Positions 14,117 to 22,272 of a stretch of DNA of 29,809 nt are shown one piece after another (position 1 is the stretch's first letter; each line of letters starts with the position of its first letter). A model generated the notes under the pieces. That model was not told where the DNA came from and did no database searches. It saw nothing but the letters and a program-made list of their open reading frames with translations. The stretch lies in the NCBI GenBank assembly GCA_965651105.1, contig CBFGRG010000001.1:1-29809 (forward strand). Reading direction: 5' to 3'. The translations under genes and the position numbers were made by a program. This DNA is from an uncultured bacterium (lineage in GTDB: Bacteria; Chloroflexota; Chloroflexia; Thermomicrobiales; UBA6265).

Positions 14117-15490
14117 ATGACCTTGCGAAACGACCGGCCGCCTGTCCAGCGCGCGCTCGCCGGCGCCTCCACCACGCGCCAGATCGTGATGCGCGCCGGC
14201 GCGCTCGCCGAAACGGGGCGGCTCGCGCGGGAGATGTTCCCCGGTCGCACCGCGGTAATCGTCGCCGACGGAAACACGTTTCGGGTCGCCGGTGAGTGGG
14301 TCCAGGCATCGCTGCGCGATGCTGACGTGTCGATCGCCGAGCCGATCGTGTTCCCGGCCGAGCCGACGCTCCGGCCGGATGTGAGCAATGTCGCGACGAT
14401 CCTCACGCATCTCGGTCCGGACACCGTGCCCGTCGCCGTCGGCTCGGGCACGATCAACGACCTGACGAAGCGCGCCGCCCACGAGGCCGGTCTCCCCTAC
14501 CTGGTGGTGGCCACGGCCGCATCGATGGACGGCTACACCGCCTCCGGCGCGGCCCTGATCGCCGATGGGGTAAAGCAGACATTCCCGTGCGCGGCGCCCG
14601 AAGCGGTGATAGCCGACCTCGATGTGCTCGCGGCGGCGCCGGAGGGCATGACCGCGTCAGGCTACGGCGACCTGATCGGCAAGGTCACGGCCGGCGCCGA
14701 CTGGATCCTGGCCGACGCCCTCGGCATCGAGCCGATCCTGCCCGACGTGTGGGAGATGGTTCAGGGACCGCTGCCCGGCATGATCGCCGATCCCGAACGA
14801 TATTTCCGGGGCGAGCGGGACGAAATCGAGCAGCTCTTCGGCGGTCTGGTGATCACCGGGCTCGCGATCCAGGCCGCCGGCGTCACGCGCCCCGCCTCGG
14901 GCAGCGAGCACCAGTTCAGTCACCTCTGGGAGATGCGCGGGCTCGAGCACCAGGGCGAGCTGGTATCCCACGGCAAGAAGGTCGGCCTCGGCACGATCGT
15001 CTCGACCACGATCTACGAGCGCCTGCTGGCCACCCCGGTCGACCGGCTGGACATCGATCGCGCGGTCGCGGCATGGCCGAGCTGGCCCGAGATGGAGGCG
15101 ATCATCCGGCGCAGCCACGACCACCCCGCGCTGGTCGAGAAGGCACTGGAGGAGTGCCGCGCCAAGCACCTGACGCCGGACGCGCTCGGCGACCGACTGA
15201 CCCGGCTTCGGGACCAGTGGCCGGAGCTCGCGCCGAAACTGCGCGACCAGCTGCTGCCGGTCGGCCAGCTGCGAAGCCTGCTCAGGCAGGCACACTGCCC
15301 CACCCGCCCCGAGGACATCGGGCTCACCCTGACGCAGCTGCGCGAGAGCTACCTCACCGCTGGCCACATCCGCCGCCGGTACACCGTTTTCGACATCGTG
15401 CACGAGGCGGGCCTGCTCAACACGATCGTGGACGACATCTTCTCGCCCGGCGGTCCCTGGGAGACATCTGAAGGAGACGCGACGCCATGA
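14117..15490 (+). CDS. sn-glycerol-1-phosphate dehydrogenase family protein (AraM/EgsA-like, dehydroquinate-synthase-like fold)
   Basis: GSGTINDLTK; TAASMDGY; GYGDLIGK..ADW; SGSEHQFSH; HGKKVG metal-binding His motifs; RBS GGAG. Confidence 0.9.
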   Translation: MTLRNDRPPVQRALAGASTTRQIVMRAGALAETGRLAREMFPGRTAVIVADGNTFRVAGEWVQASLRDADVSIAEPIVFPAEPTLRPDVSNVATILTHLGPDTVPVAVGSGTINDLTKRAAHEAGLPYLVVATAASMDGYTASGAALIADGVKQTFPCAAPEAVIADLDVLAAAPEGMTASGYGDLIGKVTAGADWILADALGIEPILPDVWEMVQGPLPGMIADPERYFRGERDEIEQLFGGLVITGLAIQAAGVTRPASGSEHQFSHLWEMRGLEHQGELVSHGKKVGLGTIVSTTIYERLLATPVDRLDIDRAVAAWPSWPEMEAIIRRSHDHPALVEKALEECRAKHLTPDALGDRLTRLRDQWPELAPKLRDQLLPVGQLRSLLRQAHCPTRPEDIGLTLTQLRESYLTAGHIRRRYTVFDIVHEAGLLNTIVDDIFSPGGPWETSEGDATP

Positions 15491-15990
15491 ACACGGACCG
15501 ATTCGTCCTCGCGATCGGCGCCGACAACGCCGGGGCCGACCTGAAAAACACGATTCGTGACGCGCTCGCCGGCGACGATCGGGTTGAGATTGTGGATTAC
15601 GGCGTCGCCAGCGCCGACGATGACACCGCCTATCCACACATCGGGCTGAACGTCGCCCGGGCGATTGCAGAAGGACAGGCGCGCCGCGGCCTGCTGATCT
15701 GCGGCACGGGCATTGGCATGGCGATTTCGGCGAACAAGGTTCCCGGCGTCCGCGCCACCGTCGCGCACGACTCGTATTCGGTCGAGAGGTCGGTGCTCTC
15801 CAACAACTGCCAGGTGCTGACCCTCGGAGCCCGCGTGGTCGGCCCCGAGCTGGCGCAACGCCTGGTGCGGGAATGGCTGTCATATGAGTTCGACGAAGGT
15901 TCAGCCTCAGCCCAAAAGGTCGCCGTGATCAGCGATTACGAGATCGCGCACGGCGGTTCGCGCCACGCCGAGCGAGACCAGGGCTGCTGA
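15487..15990 (+). CDS. RpiB/LacA/LacB family sugar-phosphate isomerase, DerI/EryI (D-erythrulose-4-phosphate isomerase)-like
   Basis: ICGTGIGMAISANKVPGVRA core; GADNAG, AHDSYSVERSVLSNNCQVL and SASAQKV variants; ATGA overlap with the upstream gene. Confidence 0.88.
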   Translation: MNTDRFVLAIGADNAGADLKNTIRDALAGDDRVEIVDYGVASADDDTAYPHIGLNVARAIAEGQARRGLLICGTGIGMAISANKVPGVRATVAHDSYSVERSVLSNNCQVLTLGARVVGPELAQRLVREWLSYEFDEGSASAQKVAVISDYEIAHGGSRHAERDQGC

Positions 15991-16000
15991 CGGGCACGCA

Positions 16001-17536
16001 TCAGGCACGGCTGAGATCGCTCAGCGCTCGCTGCTGCTCCGTCGTCCGCTCGTACAGCTCGCGATAGATCGCATATCCGGCGTCGTAGACCGAGGCGCGG
16101 TCCGGGTTCGGATCGACCCGCCGCGCGATCCGCGTCCAGCCGCCGACAAGGCGCTCCTCCGAGTCAACGATGCCTGACGCCAGCCCGGCGAGCATCGCAT
16201 CGCCATAGGACGCCCCGAGCGTGCGCTCGGGGATCAGTTGCGACACGCCGGTGATGTCGCTGACGATCTGCACCCACACGTCGCCCTGCGTGCCGCCGCC
16301 GACCGCGATAATCGAGTCCGGCATGGCTCCGGCTTCAGCCATGATCTCGAGGTGGTGCCGCACGCCGTACCCGACCCCCTCCAGGATCGACCGGTAGAGG
16401 TGACCGCGCGTGTGACGCAGCGTGAGTCCGGCGAACATGCCGCGGGCATCGGGATTGTGCAGCGGGGTGCGCTCGCCGGCGAAATACGGTAGGCAGATCA
16501 CCCCCTCGCTGCCGGCCGGGACAGCGTCCGCGAGATCGCACAGTTGACCATAGGCGCTCTCGCCAGTCTCCGCTTCCTTCCTGCGCTCGTCACCGGCCAG
16601 CTCCTCCCGAAACCACTTCGTTATCAGGCCGGACGTCGCCATCCCGCCCATGATCGCGCGGCGCCCCGGCAGGCTGTACGCTGCCGGCCACAGGCGAGGA
16701 TCGGTCCTGTGCTCCGCAACGAGGTTCAGCAGAAAGAAGGTGCTGCCATACATCAGCATCATCTGACCCGGCTCGACCACCCCCACACTCAGCGACTCGG
16801 CGGCCACGTCGATTGTGCCCGGCGTAACGGGGATGCCCTCCGGCAAGCCCGTTTCGGCGCTGGCAGCGGCTGTGACGTACCCTGCAATCTCGTTGGTGTC
16901 CAGTAACCGTGGCAGCCGATCGAGCCCGATGATGTCCCCGGCGAAGCGATCATCCCACTCCAGCCGCTCGATATTGAAGAGTGGATTGAACGCCGACGCC
17001 GTGTGGCGGTCGATCACATGCTCGCCTGTGAGGCGATAGACGATGTAGTCGCTTGACGAATGCACCATCGCCGTGCGGGCGAACAGCTCCGGCTCGTGTC
17101 TGCGCAGCCACAGGATCTTGGGTCCCACCGCCTGAGTGCTGAGCGGCATCCCGCCCAACGCGAAGATCGCCTCGGCACCGTGGCGCTCCTCCAGCCAGGC
17201 GATCTCTGCCGTGGCGCGCGTGTCGATCCCATAGAGCACCGCCGGTCGCAGCGGATGGCCGTCGGCGTCGAGCGGCAACATGCAGGGTCCGATCGCGCTG
17301 ATTGCGACCGCCCCGACATCGGCACTCCGGTTGCTGTCCTTCAGCAGCCGCTGGCAAATCTCCACGAACTCGCCCCACCAGAGCCCGTCGGCGTCGTGCT
17401 CGGCCCAACCTGGTCTGGGAAAGCTGGTGTCATGGTGCACAACTGTCGAGGCGACGACGTCCCCTTCAGACGTACACAGCACGCCTTTCGAGCTGGACGT
17501 GCCGATATCGACGCCGAGCAGCAGTGTCCCAGCCAT
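16001..17536 (-). CDS. FGGY-family carbohydrate/polyol kinase (xylulokinase-like, substrate unknown)
   Basis: LGVDIGTSSSKG; PGWAEHD; IDTRA; GPKILWL; PYFAGERTP..DARG; AVGGG. Start ATG 17536 after GAGAGGA. Confidence 0.93.
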   Translation of the reverse strand: MAGTLLLGVDIGTSSSKGVLCTSEGDVVASTVVHHDTSFPRPGWAEHDADGLWWGEFVEICQRLLKDSNRSADVGAVAISAIGPCMLPLDADGHPLRPAVLYGIDTRATAEIAWLEERHGAEAIFALGGMPLSTQAVGPKILWLRRHEPELFARTAMVHSSSDYIVYRLTGEHVIDRHTASAFNPLFNIERLEWDDRFAGDIIGLDRLPRLLDTNEIAGYVTAAASAETGLPEGIPVTPGTIDVAAESLSVGVVEPGQMMLMYGSTFFLLNLVAEHRTDPRLWPAAYSLPGRRAIMGGMATSGLITKWFREELAGDERRKEAETGESAYGQLCDLADAVPAGSEGVICLPYFAGERTPLHNPDARGMFAGLTLRHTRGHLYRSILEGVGYGVRHHLEIMAEAGAMPDSIIAVGGGTQGDVWVQIVSDITGVSQLIPERTLGASYGDAMLAGLASGIVDSEERLVGGWTRIARRVDPNPDRASVYDAGYAIYRELYERTTEQQRALSDLSRA

Positions 17537-17677
17537 GGCAGCGGCTTCCTCTCTCAACGAATCGATGCGATCTATCCGGTTCCGAACACGCCTCCGGCAA
17601 TGCGTCGGCTGCAGACATGCCGCCCGACTGGGCCGTCCCCGGGAGCGGCACGACGAGGCGTGGACGCAGCGGCTGGA

Positions 17678-18412
17678 TCAGTTGCCATCCAGATGCGCGA
17701 GCAACGCGGTCGGATAATCTGAAGTCACTGAATCCATGCCTCGCCCAATCGCGCTTTCGAGGTCATCGACGGTGTCGCACGGGCCGCCGCCAACGGTGAG
17801 CCCGTGCTCGTGGGCGCGCGCCACAAGCTCGGCAGCGGTCTCCCGATATCGATGCAGGTTGACTTGCGTACAGCCGAGTCGCCGCGCCGTGCCGATCGAA
17901 TCAGGATCGTCAGGCCGGGCGATGAATGCGGTCGCCAACGTTGGAGCGAGCCGCCGGACCGCCTCGACTGCCCCCACCTCGAACGAGGTGACGAGCGATT
18001 GTCGCTCTATGCCGCGCGCGCGAATCTCGTCGACGATCCCTTTGGCGATCCGTTCAATCCGCTCAGGCGTGTCCTTCTTGATCTCGAACTGGAGGACCTC
18101 GAACGTCGCGAGCACGTCAAGCGCCTCGGCCAGTGTCGGCACGCCCACCGGCTCCGACCAGGACGGGCAGGTGCCACGTGCGTCGAGTGCGGCAAGCTCC
18201 GCGGCGGAAAAGCTCTCGACCGCGCCGGTCGCGTTGGTGGTTCGATCGACCGTCGCGTCATGGATGACGACCAGCACATCGTCGCGGGAGATCCGGACAT
18301 CGAACTCGACCCGCCCCAACCCGAGCTGCCGGGCGTACTCGAAACCTGCGATCGTGTTCTCCGGCGACTCACCCATGGCGCCACGATGGCCAATGATCTG
18401 GATGCGCTTCAC
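17678..18412 (-). CDS. cytoplasmic glycerophosphodiester phosphodiesterase (GDPD, UgpQ-like) 1
   Basis: GTG 18412 after GGAGG; IGHRGA..PENT; EFDV; IHDATVDRTT; EIK; no signal peptide. Confidence 0.92.
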   Translation of the reverse strand: MKRIQIIGHRGAMGESPENTIAGFEYARQLGLGRVEFDVRISRDDVLVVIHDATVDRTTNATGAVESFSAAELAALDARGTCPSWSEPVGVPTLAEALDVLATFEVLQFEIKKDTPERIERIAKGIVDEIRARGIERQSLVTSFEVGAVEAVRRLAPTLATAFIARPDDPDSIGTARRLGCTQVNLHRYRETAAELVARAHEHGLTVGGGPCDTVDDLESAIGRGMDSVTSDYPTALLAHLDGN

Positions 18413-18525
18413 CCGTACCTCCCGCCTGTGAATCGGCGCCCCGGTCACGCTCCCGGACACCATCTGGATCGTGTCGATCGGTGCCAGCATACCCGCAGAG
18501 ACGGCATGTTCTTGCACGATTTGCA

Positions 18526-18539
18526 TGCACATCCGTGCA
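18526..18539. promoter_or_regulatory. palindromic operator 2 (TGCAC-ATCC-GTGCA)
   Basis: Perfect motif 114 nt upstream of the corrected GDPD1 start. Confidence 0.7.
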
Positions 18540-18665
18540 GATCGTGATATGAATCGGTGTCACGACTTGCGCGTTCGGCTTCTTGCTTCGGGAGTCTCTT
18601 CGCTTCCGGCGGAGGGCAGGGTCAGCTCAAATTGCGCCCATCAGCAGTCCGCCGCGAGAGCTGGA

Positions 18666-19394
18666 TCACCGGGCCGCCAGCAGCCGCAACATCTCCGTCG
18701 GCACGTCGGAGGTCGCAGCATCGACTCCCCAGTCCAGGCAGCGCTCAAGCGCCTCGGGCGTGTTGCACTGAAACCCGACCACACGCACGCCTTCTCGGTG
18801 CGCCGCGGCGACCATCTCCCGGGAGCTCGTATTCAGAGAGACGTCCACCTGGGTGCACCCCATCCTGAGCGCGTTCTCGAGATAATCAGGGGTATCGAAC
18901 GCGCCAATATAGGCTCGTGCCTGGTCCGGTGCGAGGCGGCCGATCGTCTCGACCGCGTGAACCTCGAACGAAGACACGATCACTCGAGATTCGAGGTGAC
19001 GATCCTGGACCATGCCCAGTACCGCCTCGGCAAGGCGCTCCATGCGCTCGTCGGTGTCCTTCTTGATCTCGATCTGGATCGTACCCATGTCCCCCAGGGC
19101 ATCAAGCACCGACTCCAGGGTGGGCACCCCCACCCGCTCCGGCCAATCCGGCAATGACGCCCGCGCATCGAGCGCGGCCAGCTCCTCGGCGGTAAACGCA
19201 CCCACCGGTCCGGAGCCATCGGTCGTTCGATCGACCGTGCCATCGTGGATCACGACGAGCTGACCGTCCTTGCTGAGATGGACATCGAGCTCGACGGCCG
19301 AAAGCCCGAGCTGCCGAGCGTGACGAAATCCCGGAATCGTGTTCTCGGGCACCTCATTTCGCGCCCCCCTGTGCCCAACGATCTGAAATGTCAC
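18666..19394 (-). CDS. cytoplasmic glycerophosphodiester phosphodiesterase (GDPD, UgpQ-like) 2
   Basis: Start GTG 19394 (or TTG 19397) after AGAGGGGAG; VGHRGA..PENT; ELDV; IHDGTVDRTT; EIK. The track's 509-aa version over-extends into the antisense strand of the regulator. Confidence 0.92.
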   Translation of the reverse strand: MTFQIVGHRGARNEVPENTIPGFRHARQLGLSAVELDVHLSKDGQLVVIHDGTVDRTTDGSGPVGAFTAEELAALDARASLPDWPERVGVPTLESVLDALGDMGTIQIEIKKDTDERMERLAEAVLGMVQDRHLESRVIVSSFEVHAVETIGRLAPDQARAYIGAFDTPDYLENALRMGCTQVDVSLNTSSREMVAAAHREGVRVVGFQCNTPEALERCLDWGVDAATSDVPTEMLRLLAAR

Positions 19395-19506
19395 CAAAAC
19401 GCTCTCCCCTCTGTGCTGCTCCGTCACGCGACCGGCAGGCGGTCGATATCGTGCACAGCGGCAGGTTCGCATACTCGCACAGGCCATATTGGTGCACAAT
19501 AGTTTT

Positions 19507-19520
19507 CGCACGGATGTGCA
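19507..19520. promoter_or_regulatory. palindromic operator 3 (CGCAC-GGAT-GTGCA; minus strand TGCACATCCGTGCG)
   Basis: One mismatch to operator 2; lies between divergent GDPD2 and the SorC-family regulator. Confidence 0.65.
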
Positions 19521-19571
19521 TGGGGCATGACCGACAAGACGTGGCGAGAACGTCGCCGGGAGATACCTGTC

Positions 19572-20561
19572 ATGAGCGATCAACCGATCGAGGTGGAGCG
19601 GACCGAAGGACACTCGGCGTCGGTAGCGACGAACGCCGAGATCATCACCTCCGTGGCGCGACTCTACTATCTCGAACGGCTGGGGCAGGCAGAGATCGCG
19701 TCGATCTACGGCGTGTCTCGATCGACAATCTCGCGAATGTTGACGGCGGCACGGGAGCTCGGCATCGTGCGCATCACGGTGGACGACTACGATCCGCGGG
19801 ATCGCGAGGCAGAGCGGCAGCTGACCAGCCAGTTCGGGCTGCGGCATGCGGTCGTGGTGCGGTCGGTCGAAGGCTCGGATGTCGCCACCCGGCGGGCCGT
19901 CGGGTACTTCGGCGCGCCGGAAGTCGAGGGCTGGATCGAGTCGAGCCACATCGTCGGCGTCGCCGGCGGTCGTTCGATCGGGGAGCTGCTGCGCGCGATC
20001 GGCCACAGAAGCCAGCCACAGGACCTCAAGGTTGTGCAGCTGATGGGCATGATCGGCTCCAGCCCGAGCAGTGTCGACGCGTCCGAGCTGAGCCGAATCC
20101 TCGCCAGCCGGTTTCACGGCGAGTTCCACAACATCAGCGCGCCGGCCTTCGTGAAGGACAAGCGCACGCGGGACCTCTTTCTCTCCCACTCCCAAATCCA
20201 GTCCGTCTGGAGTCGGTTCGAAGCGCTCGACCTCGCGTTTATCGGCATCGGCACCCTCGAGGACTCGGTTTTTGTCGAACGCAAGGTGCTCGATGATTCC
20301 GAGCTGGCGAAAGCAAGGCGCTCAGGCGCGGTCGGCGAGATTTGCGGACGCTTCTTCGACCAATCCGGGCAGGAGTGCGACTCGCCGTTCCGGAACCGCG
20401 TCGTCAGCATCGAGCTCGACGCACTTCGGAAAGGGAAAGAGGTGGTTGGTGTGACCACCGGCGCCTCGCGCGGCGAAGCTGTCCGCGCGGCGCTTCGCGG
20501 CGGACTTGTGCACTCACTGGTGATGGACGACACCTGCGCGCGGAGCGTGCTCGACGGGTGA
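19572..20561 (+). CDS. SorC/DeoR(Bsu)-family sugar-phosphate-binding transcriptional regulator
   Basis: ARLYYLERLGQAEIASIYGVSRSTISRMLTAARELGIVRI HTH; GVAGGRSI; GIG; GAVGEICGRFFD sugar-binding domain. Start ATG 19572 (GGAG, 9 nt) preferred over 19527. Confidence 0.93.
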   Translation: MSDQPIEVERTEGHSASVATNAEIITSVARLYYLERLGQAEIASIYGVSRSTISRMLTAARELGIVRITVDDYDPRDREAERQLTSQFGLRHAVVVRSVEGSDVATRRAVGYFGAPEVEGWIESSHIVGVAGGRSIGELLRAIGHRSQPQDLKVVQLMGMIGSSPSSVDASELSRILASRFHGEFHNISAPAFVKDKRTRDLFLSHSQIQSVWSRFEALDLAFIGIGTLEDSVFVERKVLDDSELAKARRSGAVGEICGRFFDQSGQECDSPFRNRVVSIELDALRKGKEVVGVTTGASRGEAVRAALRGGLVHSLVMDDTCARSVLDG

Positions 20562-20587
20562 CTCCTGCCGGGTCGATCCCGGGTACG

Positions 20588-21952
20588 CTACATCAGCACC
20601 TCTTCCGGCAGGACCCGGGCGAAGGGGGCCGTGCGCGGTGAGGCGTCATGGATGGCCGATGGAGCCGGCTCCCCGGCCTCGACCATGCGACTCACCAGCC
20701 GCTGCTTCAGGTGGTCGGCCACAGCACGGTGCGATTCGAGCCCGACCAGGTTGTTCAGCTCGTAGGGATCCACCTCCAGATCGTAAAGATACGTTTCCGT
20801 GTACTCGTCCGCGCCCGGAGCCGAACGCCCGTTGAGCCCCAGTGCGGTGACGGAGTATTTCCAGCGGGGCGTGCGGATGGCACGACCAATTTCGCTCTCG
20901 CTGATCTGGATAAAGACTTCGTTGCGCCACTCGCTCCGAGCACGCTGGCCGTCGCGAACGAGCGGCACGATCGATCGGCCCTGCATCGCCTCGGGCACGT
21001 CAATCCCGGCCGCATCGAGCAGCGTGGGCGGAAGGTCGATGAGACTGACCAGCTCGGCCACCTCGCCGCCACCGAAGAAACCGGGGCCGGTCAGCACGGT
21101 CGGCACCCGGACCGATGCATCCTGGCAGGATCGCTTGTACTCCCGCTCGTTTCCGCGCGTCTTGAAGTGGCAGCCGTGATCCGATGTGAAGAGGATGATC
21201 GTGTTGTCCCGCAGCCCGAGGCTCTTGAGGGCATCGAGCAGCCGGCCGTAGGCTTCATCCAGCCGTTTGATCATGCCCCAGTACCCGGCGATCTGCCGGT
21301 GCGCCGATCCGCCGAGCGCGGCCAGATCCGGTGGCAGCCAGCGCCCCTGGTAGCGCTCGCGGTAGCCATCCGGCGCCGGGTAGTCATCGGTGCGATTTTG
21401 GTGGTGCGGTTCCAGGTAGGAGCAGAAGAGGAAGAATGGCTCGTCGCGGTGGTCACTGACGAAGCGGATCGCCGCGTCGGTTTGGGCATCGACCCTGTAC
21501 CCGGGCAGGGTGACCTCCCGTTCCGCTTCGTCGTAGACCGTGAACCAGTATGGCTCGGAAGTATGTTCGAGGGTGTTCGCGGCAAGCCAGGTCGCATAGC
21601 CGCCTCGCTCCTCCGCGGACACCGGGTCGCCACTCGCGAGGTGCCATTTGCCGATGTAGCCCGTATGGTACCCGGCGTCGGCGAAATAATTGGCGAGCGT
21701 CGGCATGTCGCTCGGTAGCGCCATGGCGTCGTTTTTCCAGACACCGGTGCGGGTGGCGTAGAGACCCGTCTGCAGCGACGACCTGGCAGGACCACACACG
21801 GGCTGACAGGTGATCGACGTGTTCACATGCGTGCCCTGTCGTGCAATTCGGTCCAGATTCGGTGTCAACTCAAGCGGGTTGCCGTGCAGGCCGGTCGAGT
21901 CCCACCGCTGCTGATCCGTCAGGAACACAATCACGTTTGGTCGTTCGCTCAT
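20588..21952 (-). CDS. formylglycine-dependent sulfatase family hydrolase 1 (cytoplasmic)
   Basis: PNVIVFLTDQQR; CGPARSSLQTG (CxPxR); GKWH; PH; TSDHG. Start ATG 21952. Confidence 0.92.
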   Translation of the reverse strand: MSERPNVIVFLTDQQRWDSTGLHGNPLELTPNLDRIARQGTHVNTSITCQPVCGPARSSLQTGLYATRTGVWKNDAMALPSDMPTLANYFADAGYHTGYIGKWHLASGDPVSAEERGGYATWLAANTLEHTSEPYWFTVYDEAEREVTLPGYRVDAQTDAAIRFVSDHRDEPFFLFCSYLEPHHQNRTDDYPAPDGYRERYQGRWLPPDLAALGGSAHRQIAGYWGMIKRLDEAYGRLLDALKSLGLRDNTIILFTSDHGCHFKTRGNEREYKRSCQDASVRVPTVLTGPGFFGGGEVAELVSLIDLPPTLLDAAGIDVPEAMQGRSIVPLVRDGQRARSEWRNEVFIQISESEIGRAIRTPRWKYSVTALGLNGRSAPGADEYTETYLYDLEVDPYELNNLVGLESHRAVADHLKQRLVSRMVEAGEPAPSAIHDASPRTAPFARVLPEEVLM

Positions 21953-22104
21953 TCCTTCAAGACTCCTCTCCTGTGCGATCGTCGCTGACCTCCGGCCAAT
22001 GCATCCTGCCGGAATCGCACACCGTCGCCTGAGCCGACGCTGCTGGCCCATCAGGATGTACGGTCATCAAGTCACAGCGTGGCACAGAATGGCACGCTTG
22101 TAGC

Positions 22105-22118
22105 TGCACATGTGTGCA
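22105..22118. promoter_or_regulatory. palindromic operator 4 (TGCAC-ATGT-GTGCA)
   Basis: Perfect motif in the divergent sulfatase/sulfatase region, which also holds extra TGCAC half-sites at 22115, 22166, 22175 and 22189. Confidence 0.7.
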
Positions 22119-22133
22119 CACCCCTCTTTCTGT

Positions 22134-22163
22134 TTGACGCTGTCCGATGCGTGCTGCTAGCGT
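22134..22163 (+). promoter_or_regulatory. sigma70-type promoter for the sulfatase2-ABC-phoD unit
   Basis: TTGACG-N18-TAGCGT, same spacing as the promoter at 14026. Confidence 0.55.
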
Positions 22164-22272
22164 GGTGCACACGTTGCACGAACGGATTTGCACGCGCATC
22201 GCTCCGCGAGCCGCACACAGCGATCGACGGCATCCTCGAGCGGGCATTGCAGCAGACGAGGCAGCAGCCACC

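Noticed and set aside
20588-21952. Assignment as phosphonate monoester hydrolase because of CGPAR
   Set aside because: It retains the sulfatase GKWH motif, which PMH enzymes replace.
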